64,000 nt of DNA. Source: Schizochytrium sp. TIO01. Taxonomy: Eukaryota; Protista; Bigyra: Labyrinthulomycetes. A program made the translations under genes and the position numbers. The first letter of the stretch is position 1. Every line of letters begins with the position of its first letter. Shown one piece after another: positions 35,540-48,005 of this stretch. The notes under the pieces were generated by a model. It saw only the letters and a program-made list of their open reading frames with translations. It was not told the origin of the DNA and ran no database searches. The DNA lies in contig SMSO01000031.1 in NCBI GenBank assembly GCA_004764695.1, positions 4,130,436 to 4,194,435 on the forward strand. Direction: 5' to 3'.

Positions 35540-37066
35540 TCATTCGTTTGCAATTAAGAGACCTGAGGTAGACCCATCCGGTTCTCTAGTTTCGGGCGCA
35601 TGTACAATTGATTGACCTGCAAGCCCTGCCTGAGTAGCATCTCGAATAACGTCCCCGCTCTTGGCTTCAACAGCATTGATTTTTGCGAATAATAATCTGA
35701 GTACACGCTCTCGATCTGCCCAACTAAGATCACGAAGCTCAATATTAAAGCCATTGGGTATTGAGGAGTTTTGGTTGTCTAATACTGGAATAGAATTTAG
35801 CAAAGAGCGTTGGTTGTCAGAACGAATGGAAGGGAGCCGGGTGGATTTAGCTCTGGCTGAACTTGGAGGCGCGTTTGCTGCCATGCGAACTTGTTTTCTA
35901 TACTCGGCATTCATTCTTTGGTGTTCTTCTTCTCGTGCCCGTCTTGTTTCTCGCTTCACCTGCTCAAGTGCCTCAAGGAAAAATTGCTCAGTTTCTGTTC
36001 GTTGGTCTAAGATAACTTGAGCCAGTTTTCTAATATTCTTGAGTTCCTTGTTCTTCAATTTAACCAGCTGCTTAAGACCAGCAACCTCAAGGTTCAAATC
36101 TTCTGTTTCTTTCGCAAATTTCGCTTCTAATTTGGCCTGGCGAAGCTCAGCATCTCGTACAGCTTGTGAAAGTGTCCTTTCGAGAGCTTTAATTTTTTGT
36201 CGTGCATTGTGCAATTCATTTTCTTTATAGTATCCCCGTGCAGCGTACTCCTCTTCTTTACCATTTGCGAGCTCAAGATTTCGTTTGAGTCGCTTGTTTT
36301 CGTCTACAAGGTCCTTTGCTTGGACTTGAAGCTCATCGCATGTTTGTAGTTGAAACTTGAGCTCCTCTCCCATACGCTTGTTGTCTGCGATAATCTTTCG
36401 AGTATCTGCATCGAGTCCCTGTTGAGCATCTTCTCGTGCCTTTTCCTTGATACTCTCAATCTGCATCTCCATTTCACGTTGCTTACGTGCGTTTTTCTCA
36501 ATAAACTCGCGCTCCATTGCATGAACTGCGTCTTGATGCTCGCGGGCTTGGTCTGCAAACTGCCTTTCGGCAACTTCAAGGCGGGAGTTGAGCACGTCAC
36601 GTTTATGCTTGTACTCTGAGAGAAGTCCTAGCTCATCTTCGAGAACCAAAACTTTTGCTTCGAGAGCTGCTTTTGTTTCTTCAAGCTCTTTTTGTGCCTT
36701 TGATACGGCAATATCGCTGGCCTCCTTAGTTTCTTTAATTTCCTTTTCTGCTTCTGATTCTCGTCTTGAGAGTTCTTCAGAAAGCCTAGCAATGGTCGTG
36801 TCTTTTTTCTCAATCTCTGTTTGAAAGTATGCCACAAATTCATGTGTATCCTTTTCACTCTTGGCAGCCCTATCCTTCAAGCTTAAATTTTCCTCACGCA
36901 AAGCCTCCACACGAAGTTTCAGACCTTCCACCCTTGATTCAAGCGATTGTTGGTAAAGTGCATCTTCTGTGCTTCCACCTGGCAGCGCCGGTGTTGTAGA
37001 TGCTGCTGCAGAGTCTGTCGCCATTTTCGCCGCTGATTTACCGCCGGCCTTCTTCTTTTTGGCCAT
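35540..37066 (-). CDS. BBOF1: Basal body orientation factor 1 (CCDC176)-like coiled-coil protein
   Basis: MAKKKK start, long coiled coil, and family motifs ILDQRTETEQFFLEALEQVK and LRDLSWADRERVLRLLFAKIN. Confidence 0.85.
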   Translation of the reverse strand: MAKKKKAGGKSAAKMATDSAAASTTPALPGGSTEDALYQQSLESRVEGLKLRVEALREENLSLKDRAAKSEKDTHEFVAYFQTEIEKKDTTIARLSEELSRRESEAEKEIKETKEASDIAVSKAQKELEETKAALEAKVLVLEDELGLLSEYKHKRDVLNSRLEVAERQFADQAREHQDAVHAMEREFIEKNARKQREMEMQIESIKEKAREDAQQGLDADTRKIIADNKRMGEELKFQLQTCDELQVQAKDLVDENKRLKRNLELANGKEEEYAARGYYKENELHNARQKIKALERTLSQAVRDAELRQAKLEAKFAKETEDLNLEVAGLKQLVKLKNKELKNIRKLAQVILDQRTETEQFFLEALEQVKRETRRAREEEHQRMNAEYRKQVRMAANAPPSSARAKSTRLPSIRSDNQRSLLNSIPVLDNQNSSIPNGFNIELRDLSWADRERVLRLLFAKINAVEAKSGDVIRDATQAGLAGQSIVHAPETREPDGSTSGLLIANE

Positions 37067-37519
37067 TGTTGTTTATGCAGGGCCAAGTTGTTAAAGCTCC
37101 TGGTTGCTTGCTTCTGTAAAGAGTATCACAATTACCACCAACCCAACTTGATGCTAGGCTTCCCCTTCTCGTTCGAGCTTGCACCCTCGCAAGCTGCAAC
37201 AAGGGAGAGCCGTCTCTTGGCAAACTTTTGCCTCAAGCTTTTGCAAAATTCCACGGCGCGGTGCTACACGTAGCTTCTCGTATGCCATAATGCTCAATGC
37301 ATTTTGTGTGATTGCCTGTTCCAATTGAACGGATAGAAATGTATAATGGAGGTGTGTACCTTAATATTTATTAGTGTACCAACATCATTAAAAAGCGTAA
37401 CTAGGGACTAGTAGTACATGGTTTCCTTTCACTTTGAGTTTAACCTATAAAACTCGTAAAGCTTGCATTTCCTATGTCATGTGTGGCAAATGCCCAATTG
37501 CGGGTTAAATAACTAATCT

Positions 37520-37884
37520 GGGACTCAAAGTCAATTTTAAAATCATTTCCTTGGAAAAGTATCGCAAAAGGATGCGGATATTGATATCAGGATCGGCTAC
37601 GTATCTGCATTCTGGGCATTGTAAAATTTTGGTTGTTCCGAGCTTGTCGTGGATGGTACCACATTGATTGCATGTTTTTGAAGTGTAATTCCCTCAGCAA
37701 AGAACCTGATTACTCCAAAGGAAAGCTTAGTTCTGGGAATGAGCGCTTGGCGGAAGCCAATAACTCATCATTCGAGCTGTTTTACTACGGATCTGTCTTG
37801 ATAACTCGTTGACCATCTAGGAGGTTTCAAATTTCGGCAAAACGATAACACGGTAGTTTTCACAAAGCCAAAGTGCAAATCTGA
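37520..37884 (-). pseudogene. Fanzor2/TnpB C-terminal fragment (copy A)
   Basis: FALWLCENYRVIVLPKFETS*MV, RQIRSKTARMMSYW, FRQALI, then E..YTSKTCNQCGTIHDKLGTTKILQCPECRYVADPDIN.RILLRYFSK (zinc finger plus RuvC-III). Confidence 0.92.
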
Positions 37885-38208
37885 GTAGTCCACCCAATCG
37901 CGGCCTATTGAAGTTGACGCAGCAACCGATGTCTTTGTAGAGGACGGAGGCATCTGGACAGCCATGCCGGAGATTGCCAATCTGGCATTTGAAATTCTCT
38001 TTTGGCTAGGGGGAGGATTCTGGTGTAGATAAATATGGATGGTCTGTGCTGCGGGTACGCTCAACGTCGTCACTTTCGTACATCCGCTTGCTTCTGGGAA
38101 AGCGCCTGCAGTGCACTTGCTGAGACGCCAAACTTCTGGTTGAGGTACTTTGCTGGCTTGTACCGTAGGTTTGTTATACTTGTAGAATTTGGAGCTTAGT
38201 CATGCCAT
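37885..38208 (-). pseudogene. tnpA: IS607 TnpA serine recombinase fragment (copy A)
   Basis: Frame-broken translation: KPAKYLNQKFGVSASALQ (MerR-type HTH), PRSKRMYESDDVER (wing), FIYTRI, and YKDIGCCVNFNRPRLGGLL (consensus KDIGSGLNFKRxGL). Confidence 0.88.
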
Positions 38209-38663
38209 TTTCTAACCTAAGCTTCACTTCCTAACAAAGACGAAATTATTTTAATGTATTATTTACATGAATTAGACACTAGGTACCTACCGTTTGGAGG
38301 TTGTATACGCTCTAACGTTTCTAGAAGTACAGAAGAGGAAGGAAAAGAAAAGAAAGTAGAACTGGCATTAGCAAACGATAATGAGGCGCAAAGCCAATCG
38401 TTAATAAGGTAGGTGCCTGATGTTATTCAATGCATGTGTTTGAGTCAAGAGAGGGGTGAAAGGCTAAATATTCCCATGATTTCTGGGAAAGTCTGTCACA
38501 GATGACATGATATGAGAAAAGTACCAAAATAATTTACTGCGAACATTTTTCATTTCCACATCGTGCAAAGGTTCAGATGATAAAGAGAAGGTGCAATACA
38601 GTCAGGCGTCGAGGATGTTCAATTCTATGTATGACGCATATCCAGTTGAATATATATCTAGAT

Positions 38664-40517
38664 TTATTGTTGCTGCTGCTGTTGATATTTTCGCTCCAGC
38701 CATTGGTGTAACGCTATGAGCTGCTCCCGCGCATTATCCTCGTTATTCTGGGCAGTCTGTAGCTGTTGCATGATTGCTGGGGGGATTTTCTGTGCCTGTG
38801 CAACAATGTTATGTCTAAGCTCAAGATCGTCTGTACGGCCTGCTTCGTTGAGAAGAAGGTTTTGATAGATGCTGAAGTTTTGTTGAGCTGCACTCTTTTG
38901 CATTTGCGCCTCTTGGATCTGCTGAAAGAGGTGGTCGCGAATCATGGCCTCGTCGGGTGTAAGCTCGAACCCCTTGTCCATGCCTGAGTGCATTGCAGCA
39001 CTGGATGACTCGTCTTCCATAGAACGTTGTTGCTGCTGCAATTGTTGTTGTTGTTGTTGCTGCTGCTGCTGCTGTTGTTGTTGCTGCTGAAGAAGCTGCA
39101 TCTGCTGTTGCATCTGTTGCAGCTGCTGCTGCTGCTGCCGGTGATGTTGCATTTGCAATTGCTGCTGTTGCTGCTGCTGCTGCAATTGTTGTTGTTGTTG
39201 CTGTAGTGTCATTGAGTTCATCTGAGCAGGCTTTACAGGCATAGCACCCTGTGGGCTTCCATTGGAGCTGCTACTGTTGCTACTGTTGTTGTTGCTACTG
39301 TTATTATTTGTAGTTGTACTCTCAGCTTTGACAATATCTTGCTGCGGCTTCTTATTCGGTTTGGCTTTGGCCTTGGGTTTTGCTGCCGTAGCTTTTGCGG
39401 CCGCGGTAGTTTTATTTGCGGACTTGCCTTTGTTTTCTTGGTTTTTAGTTTCAGGTGATTTATTTGGGGCGGCAGCAGCAGCCTTTGGCGCAGCTTTGGA
39501 AGTACCTTGAATGGTTGTCGAGGAAGGCTGTACAGGTGCTGATTGATTTGTTGTATTCATTTGAGGTTTTGTGGAAGCTGGTGCCGCTGCTGGAGCTGGA
39601 GCAGGGTTGCTGGTAGTAGCGTTCTGTGCAGGAGGTGCGGCCTTAGCCTTCTTGTTCTTGGCCGCTGCTTTGCTTGCCGTTCCCGCCGGTTTATTTGCTG
39701 TTCCTGCAGGTTTATTTGTAACAGTAGTGGTCGCAGCAGGTGTGTTCGCCTTAGCAGAACTGTTGTTGTTCGCCTTTGCATTGACACCATTTCCACTGGC
39801 GGTCCCGTTAGTATCAGCAGCATTTTTGGCTTTATCCTGCTTGGTGTTGGTGCGCTTTGTTGCCCTTTCCTTGGTGGCAGCACCCTGCTGAGCTTTGGTA
39901 CGCTTCCTTTTGGGGGCTTGTGCAGGCGCGTTGGGAGCATCTGCAGCCTTGCCTGCTTGCTGGTCCTGGGTCGAGAGGGCCTCGATGGAAACGGCTACAA
40001 GAGCATCAAAGTCAAGCTGCTGCGTTGGGTCAGGTGGTTTTTGTGTGAGGATATTAGTATTGACGGCGGCAGCAGGAGCCTCTTGTCTTAATTTCTCCTC
40101 GAATTCAGTCTCTTGTCTCAAAAGTTGCATACGCAGGTTCATGATGGTTGCTTCTTGAGCTTTGAGAGTATCTTTTGTCTTTTGATGAGCGCTGCGCTCA
40201 GCCTTGAGTTGGTTTAGCATGTCTTCAAGTTGCGCCTCCAATTCTTTCTGGCGCTCCTTTGCCCCAACGAGCTCTGGAAGATCCTTTGCGAACTTGGCCT
40301 GCATTTCTGGACTTGCAAGGTCGACCTGGGAGATGTCTTGGTTGGTGCCTTTGGTGGCTTTGGTCCTCTGAATAAAGTTCATAAAATCCTGCGCACTGGT
40401 GCTCTTGATATGGTTGCCATTTGCCTTGCTCGGGGTTTTGCCATTGCTGTACATTTCCTCGAAAGGCGCTTCTCCCGGATTTCTCGCATCCGCGAGTGGC
40501 GATGTAGTGTTCGACAT
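38664..40517 (-). CDS. Uncharacterised coiled-coil, A/K/P-rich and polyQ protein with a conserved C-terminal helical domain
   Basis: 617-aa ATG ORF. Its C-terminal ~85 aa are paralogous to the C-terminus of the 59021 ORF. Confidence 0.8.
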   Translation of the reverse strand: MSNTTSPLADARNPGEAPFEEMYSNGKTPSKANGNHIKSTSAQDFMNFIQRTKATKGTNQDISQVDLASPEMQAKFAKDLPELVGAKERQKELEAQLEDMLNQLKAERSAHQKTKDTLKAQEATIMNLRMQLLRQETEFEEKLRQEAPAAAVNTNILTQKPPDPTQQLDFDALVAVSIEALSTQDQQAGKAADAPNAPAQAPKRKRTKAQQGAATKERATKRTNTKQDKAKNAADTNGTASGNGVNAKANNNSSAKANTPAATTTVTNKPAGTANKPAGTASKAAAKNKKAKAAPPAQNATTSNPAPAPAAAPASTKPQMNTTNQSAPVQPSSTTIQGTSKAAPKAAAAAPNKSPETKNQENKGKSANKTTAAAKATAAKPKAKAKPNKKPQQDIVKAESTTTNNNSSNNNSSNSSSSNGSPQGAMPVKPAQMNSMTLQQQQQQLQQQQQQQQLQMQHHRQQQQQLQQMQQQMQLLQQQQQQQQQQQQQQQQLQQQQRSMEDESSSAAMHSGMDKGFELTPDEAMIRDHLFQQIQEAQMQKSAAQQNFSIYQNLLLNEAGRTDDLELRHNIVAQAQKIPPAIMQQLQTAQNNEDNAREQLIALHQWLERKYQQQQQQ

Positions 40518-41194
40518 GCTGATCGTCAGCTTTCCTTCTAGTTCTAATGCTCCCTTTTACAGGCCAAGCACCTCTCGCTCTCTGAAGCACGAAATCCACA
40601 ATGTACTGCTGTGACTACTGCACTAGGCGCACTTCTTCCACAACTCCTCTGTATTGACTACTCTAAGCAATTAGATAAGAATGACCACTTTAAAACGAAC
40701 ACAATTGTTCAAAGAACGAAATGAACGAATTGAGAAAGAAAAAAAAAAGGGAATAAGAAAAACTAAACAAACAAAGCGAAACGAGAGCAGAAAGGAGCTT
40801 GAAAGCAATCTATATAGCGCTGCAAGTCTGCTGATCCTTGCCGCTCTTTGTCCAGGCCACTGACGGTCTGTACTGCTTTGCCTCAACTCTAGCCTCGGAG
40901 CTAAGAAAGCAGGTCGCTAGTTTTCTTGTGCTCTCTTAATCCTTCTACTACTACTGCTTCTGTTTCTTTGTCTCGGGTAATACTGCCGTCGCTCACTATT
41001 GAATTAATAAGTGCTGTGTCGCGGTGACTACGAAACGAAACCACGCTCGCGGTTGCGAGTCTTGCGTGCGTCCTGGCGTTGGGCTTCGGTATCCTCTAAG
41101 GCCCAGTATGCAAGCGCCAAGATATCCAATGCAAAGCAGGCTAGACTGCTGCGCAGGCGTGTGGGTGCTGTAGTTCGTGATGGTATTGACGACC

Positions 41195-41232
<38 letters not shown>

Positions 41233-41977
41233 AGTAGCACGCGCGATGGATGGGCCAATGGCAGCGAATGAGTCCGTGCGAAGCGGGTGGCGGGAGCCGG
41301 GCTGGGCACTACGTGTCTTGCGAGGTTCTCGGTCCCAGCTGCGTGTGCGTACGAGCGACTGCAGAGAGCCCCTCGGCTCTTGCGCGTTGCTGTTTCCGGG
41401 CGAGCAGCGATTCTTGTCTGGTCTTCAGCCAGGACGCCCTCGCCCACAAACAGCGAAGAGAAAGAATAATAAGGAAAGTGAATAAAAGTAAACAGGAAAT
41501 TCAAAGACAGAGGAAAAGAAGAAAGACTCTATTGCGACGGTACCTATGGAAGGAAGAAACATATTCAAAGTGAGGCGCTGTTTACTTGCATGTTCAAAGA
41601 CCCTTCCAATTCAAATTAAATTTAATTAAATTTAATTAAAACTACAAATATCATCATCATTGTTCATGTATATATATATATATACATAATATATAATTAA
41701 ATACAATCAATTCTCGCGTCGAAAACTGCTGTACGTACGTACGTACCCAGCTTTAAAAAAATTAAAATTAAAAAACAAAAAACAAAAAACAAAAAAACAT
41801 TCTTTAAAAGTAGAGGTTGCTTGTATTTGAAGCATAATAGAGACACCACCCTTCGTAGTGAAACCTCAACTTGCGAGTTCTAAGAATTAGCATTACAAGA
41901 GGTCTAGCAGAAGCAAGTTGATCTCTGCCTGCACACCTCGCTCGTTTCCTTCAAGCTCACGCAAGCAAGCTAGCTAG

Positions 41978-42010
<33 letters not shown>

Positions 42011-42210
42011 AAGCCTTAAGCAGGAGCATCACTCGCTCTCAACCTCCTTGCGGGCACAGGCGCACAATCGAAAGCAGCGATTCCTCTGGATGCTCATGAG
42101 TGGTCCATCCAGAGTCTCTTCGCGCCATTACAATGAGGAGGCGAATCACAGGTAGGGAGCTATAGGCATCATCCATTCCTGCTTACTTAAAGGCTCCTTC
42201 TTTCTTTCTT

Positions 42211-42290
<80 letters not shown>

Positions 42291-43538
42291 TCGGGCGCTG
42301 CTCAGAAGAAAAGAAAGAGCGAAAGAGAGAGAGAAAGAAACCTTCTCGGTTAATCAACGAAGATGACCAATAGCCTGCTCCTCTGACTGGCCGTGGTCCC
42401 GTCGGCAGTAAAGGCTCCGGGCACATGGCTTATACGCAGCAGGCGAGCTTAAAGACAACGAATGGTCTGCCCATCAGGCAATCAGCAGGCAATCAGTCAA
42501 TCAATCAATCAATCGATCGCTTATTTAATTAAACAAGTACGCACTATTCCTCACCAAAGCTCCTGAAATGCTCGCTGCTTTTTCTTCAAAGTTTTCTCCT
42601 TTTTTCTTTCTTTCTGAATTAAAAAACAATAATTTTAAAAAGTCAGCCTGAGTTAGATTATTCTTTATCAAGTTTCGAGGAGTTGACTCTGAGTGTTAGA
42701 AAGAAAGGCACTTTGTTTCCTCCTCCCTGTGGGGCCTTTTTTCTTTTCTTTCTTTCTTTTCTCCTTCTCGTAACCATCGACAGACACTTGCTCCATGCTC
42801 ATCAGAAGGGCGGCCAAGGCGATTAAACACGCATATAAAGGTGCGCAGAAGCTGGCAAGCCCGCAGAAACAGGCGTGTGCTGCGATTTCTTTTCCTACTT
42901 AACTGGTGGGCGCAGCGTTTAGTATAGATAGGTAGGTTCTCTCTCCCTACCTGGATATTCGTTTAGCAGCCTTTTAAAAAATCCGAGTGCTATGCATTTG
43001 TTGTTAATACTACTAATAGTAGTATTTGCGTTCGTTCGTATCATAGCAATGATAAATATTTATGGATCTCTCCTATGATGGTTGGGTTTGAAAATTAAGA
43101 AAACAAACCCTTCTAAGGTCACGAACCTCTTTTTCATGCAAAAAGTAACACCATCCATACCTAAAGCTTAGTTTTTGACTTGCCAGCACAATCGATCCCT
43201 CACCAAAACAGGCGCGTACACATGTTAGGACTACCTCGGCACTACATACATACGTGGGCCCCTACCTTCGTCCAAGCAAAAGAAGGCAGCAAGAGCTCTC
43301 AGTCTTCGAATGCAATGAATCGCCCACCAATCCGCACCTCTGCACCGTAGTCCTTTTCCCTATGCGGCGAGGTCAGGTCAGCGCTTCAGGATGAGAACCG
43401 CTCAAGAACATGTGTTCAAACGATACTCAGTAAACCTAGCTAGCTATCTACCTATGTATGGCATGTATGTATGTTTTGTAGTTTATTATCTGGGATCGAA
43501 CATGCACAGAGGAGGTCAGAGAGAGAGAATGAGATAAT

Positions 43539-43577
<39 letters not shown>

Positions 43578-44248
43578 TGATAAAGAAGCGAAGAAGCAGA
43601 AAACTCTTTCTTTGCGTCATCAATAATTAGTTAGTTAGGAGGAGTTAGTTTGAAGAGCCTCTTCACAGAAAGAAAGCTGTTGCGATCGCTGGACGGAGAG
43701 GCGGCCGAGGAGAAGGAGGGCGAAGAAGAGGACCAACGTGAGAGGGGGCAGCGCGTACGCAGAAGCCGTCCTGTTTGTTCTCCTCTTCGGCCGCCTCAAA
43801 GCTCTGTGCTCCGCCTGAAGGTTCTACTTATTGCATGTGTTATCTGTGTTGCCTGTGTGTTGTATGTATTCTCTCTGTATCCATCAAAACTCGTGCTTCC
43901 TCCTCTTTTTGAACATTTGCCGCTCATTTTAACTCAACTCCTCCTTCCTTCCTTCCTTCCTTCCCTAAACAGTCTTCATTCCATTAAAAGATAAAATGGT
44001 ATTTATAACTAACTAAGCGCAAATAACTCGGCAAAATCTGTTTATTCGCTACTAGCTCAAAAAACAAAGGAGGAAAAAAGGAGGAAAAAGAGAGAAAAAA
44101 GGGAAAAACTTACTTATCTTGAAACTAAGACGCCGAGAAGAAAAAACCTAACTCCATAGTGATTGTTAGGAGGACTGACCAAAGACAAAGAAGCAAGCGA
44201 ACACTGCGATCGATGCCAAGGCCAACAGCGCAGCAGCACGCCGGATCA

Positions 44249-44280
<32 letters not shown>

Positions 44281-44350
44281 AAAGCCGCAGCTGATTGGGG
44301 TATTCGCTCAGGCTTAGCGGCCGTCCTTCTCGCCGGGTCAGACTTCGCAG

Positions 44351-44383
<33 letters not shown>

Positions 44384-47352
44384 GCCTTGCGAGGCCTGGC
44401 TGGAGCCCCTTGTTCGCGGCTGTCGATCTGGCTAGGTCATCCATCTTATTTCCCCTCTTTCACTCAATTCCACTAAACCCTTCTTTCTCCTCTGAAAACC
44501 TTGCTTTCACCACTTTGTTTCATTCCTTTTATCTGTTTATCTTTTTTTTTATCTTTTTTTTTTTTTTTTTAAATTAAAATTAAACTTGTAGCAAGCGAAT
44601 AACGAACTAGAGTTTTGTTTTTCTTAGTCGAGCTGAAATAAGAAGAACTAGGTAGCAGTAGTCGAAGTTTTAAAGAATGCATTTTCGAGAGAGTTCGAGT
44701 TCATTTATTGTGGTTGGTTCTATTGCCTAACGATTCGGAGAGAGAGCACACTCTGTTTTCATTGTTTCTCTTTTTAGCTATGTATCTAGGTAGGCCTGTT
44801 CCAATTCATTTCTGCCTGGGGTTTCACCAACGTTTTAGAAGGCAACCACATGATAAAACGTGGGCATACTGTGTATGTATGTATGTATGTATGTATGTAC
44901 GTACGCATGCATACATGCATGCATGCATGTATGTATGTGATTCTGTGCCGCCGCTCTCAGAGTTTCCTTCGCTCGCGCTTATTTGCCGTTTCTTTTTTCA
45001 CTTCTCTTTGATGGGTAGATTGGTTGGTCGGTCTGTTGCCCTTCACTCAGTATACATACATACATATACATTCATACATGCATGCATACATACATACATG
45101 CATGCATACTTAGCTGCTTACTTACAAACTTATGTATTTGCCTACCTATTATCATTGCGCCTCTCCGTGTTTTTGCGGATGTAGCTGAGAGAGAACCTGT
45201 AACAAACATCATTATCTGATTGTTTCGTTTATTTGTTTTGCTTGCTGTCCCCCGTTCTTCCAAATGGTGCCTTCTATTTCTCCATTTTCTTTTCTCATCC
45301 TTCACCCTTTCAGCGGTCAAAGGTGTCGATTTGTTAACCACTGTGGCGCCGCTCTCTTTCTTTCGCTCACTCTCTCCTTCTTTTTCCTCTTTTCCCTCTT
45401 CTCCTATTTCCCCTTCATTTCTTTTTTCTTTTCTTTTTTCTTTCTCTTCTACCGAGCGATCTCGATTGCGGAAAGCCGGGAGAGATCCCTCTGCCTTCTC
45501 TCCTTCCTTCCTTACGCGGGGCCGCCCTCTGCTCTGCTCCCACTGCTCTAAGCAGACCAAAGTCCTGTGATGCTGTCTGTCTGTCTGCCTGTCTGCCTGC
45601 CTTCTTTCTGTCTGCCTTCTCTGCCCGTGAGGTGAGGTGAGAGTGAGTATGGTTTCACTTCTCTGGTGACTGCGTTTTATTCATTCTCTTCGAGTCACTC
45701 ACTCACTCATTCGCCTTCCTTTAAATTAAAGAGGCGCCTGCCTGCTGGCCTTAATTAAAACTTTCATTCCTTCATCTCCTTTGCACAGCTTTGCATCGCT
45801 TCGCTTTCGTTTCGGCCTCCGTGGCTTGCGATTCGCTGTGTGCTCGCCCAGGCCCCTCCTGTCTGCTGCCGCACTGGCGGGCTTCGCTTCGGATGCCCGC
45901 GACGGTTCTGGCCTTTCTGCCTGTCTTTGAGCCCGAGGATCGAAGAATCGATCCAACCATGGAGATCTAATCTACATCACAGGCACAATAGAGTGAGGTG
46001 AGGTGAGTGTAGCGACACTGAGAGCATTAGGCGCCGCTACTGCGGTGGTAGTGAGTAGGGCTCTCTCTGTCACCCTTCTTATAAGTATCATTTCTTTCTT
46101 TTCTAACTTTGATGTATTGTAAAAGTCATCATGAAAAGAGTAGCGAAAACAATCTTAAATGGAGCTGCTGGTACTAGAAGCTGTTATCCAGGTAGGTAGG
46201 TAGGTAGGTAGGTAGGTGGGTGGGTCCTACCTACTACTGCTGTGCTAGCTAGCTGGCTCGCTTCGTTCCCAGGAACCCGCACTCGCCACGCTGTGCTCGA
46301 GCCTTCTTGGGAAAAGACGTTCAAGATGGCTTCCGGTCGAATCCCTTGGATCTTCGACACCGACGCAAGCTCCTTTGCAAAGAACCACCAGCCCTGATCG
46401 TGTTCTGGCTGATCCCGAGAAGATCGACTATCCTTCGCAGTCCCAGATCCTACTTCTTGAAACGACAAGAAAAGCACAGGAGCAATGATGGACAGACTTA
46501 AACACACACACACACACAGCAAACTAGACTTCTGACATCCATCTCATGATACGTATCTCATGACCAGCTTTTTCATCGCCATGCAATCAAGAAGAACCCA
46601 GTCGATGCCCAAGTCTCTCGCAGTTCCTCATTCCTACTCTGTTCCAGCTTATGCGATTGATTCCCTGTAATAACGTGTGTCTGCTTCTTTGGTGCTATCG
46701 TTTTTCTCCATGCGAGCCGCTCAAGCGCTGGGCCCGAAGAGCTTAGAATGGAGAGAAGAACCTCCTCCAGAACGAAGTTTGTTTCATGAATTATTTGCCC
46801 CTCGCTTGCGCGATGTACTTTCGCCTTGAAGTTTACCCGGTTAGAAAAATCTGTGCTTTGCACCATCATTTAGAATAAATAAAAAGTAAATATCAAAAAA
46901 ATAAAAATAAAGATAGATTGAGGGAGTGAGTGAAAGCAGAGGGGTTGCGGCGGGATACTGTGGAGGAAGAAAGAGGCGGGCAGGAAGGCCGAAGAAAGTC
47001 GGGTGCTCGTCCCTCATTGCCTCATTCTCTTTCTGGACGGACGGCTTTTCGTTCGAGGACGGCTTCGGGAACATCCTTCTATTCACCTCGAGGATCTCAC
47101 TTCGCTTTATGGTCTTTCTGTCGGGATTGAGCTATAGCATGTCTGAGAGGTTGCCGGGCCAGTTTTATGTTTTAAAGCTAAATTTTCAAAATCAAGTTTC
47201 CCAGAGCTTTTCTTTTCTCTTCTTTTCTCCTCTTTTCAGTTGCAACAATAATGCGCCTGCTAAATGACGAACTGTGTTTCAGCCTCTATGGGGAACAGCC
47301 ATTCCCACTTTTTTTTTCTCTTTCTTTTCTGTCGAAGTACTGAAGAAGCGGT

Positions 47353-47384
<32 letters not shown>

Positions 47385-47943
47385 TTTTCAGTTCTACCCG
47401 TATACCGTAAAATTAGATTTCTTTAATTTATAAAATTATCACAAGTAAAAACAAATGATTAAAAAATGAATAAACAACAAACAGTATATATTAGAAATCG
47501 TAAAGAACAGTGACTATTTTCTTGAGCCGCTTTTCTTTTACAAATATAAATATTGCAGTAGTCAAAAAGTACTCTCGAGCCTGGTTTGTCTTTTAATTAA
47601 ACCTGCGCTGATTGCAAAGCCCCGAAGTCCTCCTTACAGTGAATGAGTGTGAGTGAACGAGTGAACGAGTGAATGAGTGAATGAGTGAGTGAGAGAGTGG
47701 GCAGGCCTTCTCGAAGACCCCGCCCTTCTTTCGCCAGAGAGTTTCGGGTTTCCAAGGCTGCCTTATATGGCCCATGTGAAGCCGAAAGCCCTCGAGGCGT
47801 TCTCCTCAGTAAGTTAGTGAAGCGAGTGAGTGAGTGAGTGAGTGAGTAAGTCAGTCAGTAAGTCAGTCAGCCAGCTTTCTTTCTTTCTTTCTCTCCTTCT
47901 TTCCTTCTTTCCTTCTTTCCTTCTTTCTTTCTACGGAGTGAGT

Positions 47944-48005
<62 letters not shown>

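Larger units (their letters stand above)
37430..38330 (-). mobile_element. IS607-Fanzor2 element, copy A (internally deleted, decayed)
   Basis: Left end GTAC..AGAAACGTT..AACCTCCAAA..GAAGTGAAG..GTTAGAAAATGG, then the TnpA N-half fused to the Fanzor C-terminus, then right end GAAATGCAAGCTTTACGAGTTTTATAGGTTAAACTCAAAG. Homologous to copies B and C. Confidence 0.9.

Noticed and set aside
37768-38073. 101-aa ORF in the track, and likewise 55660-56145 and 56185-56559, as independent genes
   Set aside because: They are off-frame or partial readings of the frameshifted tnpA and Fanzor pseudogenes.
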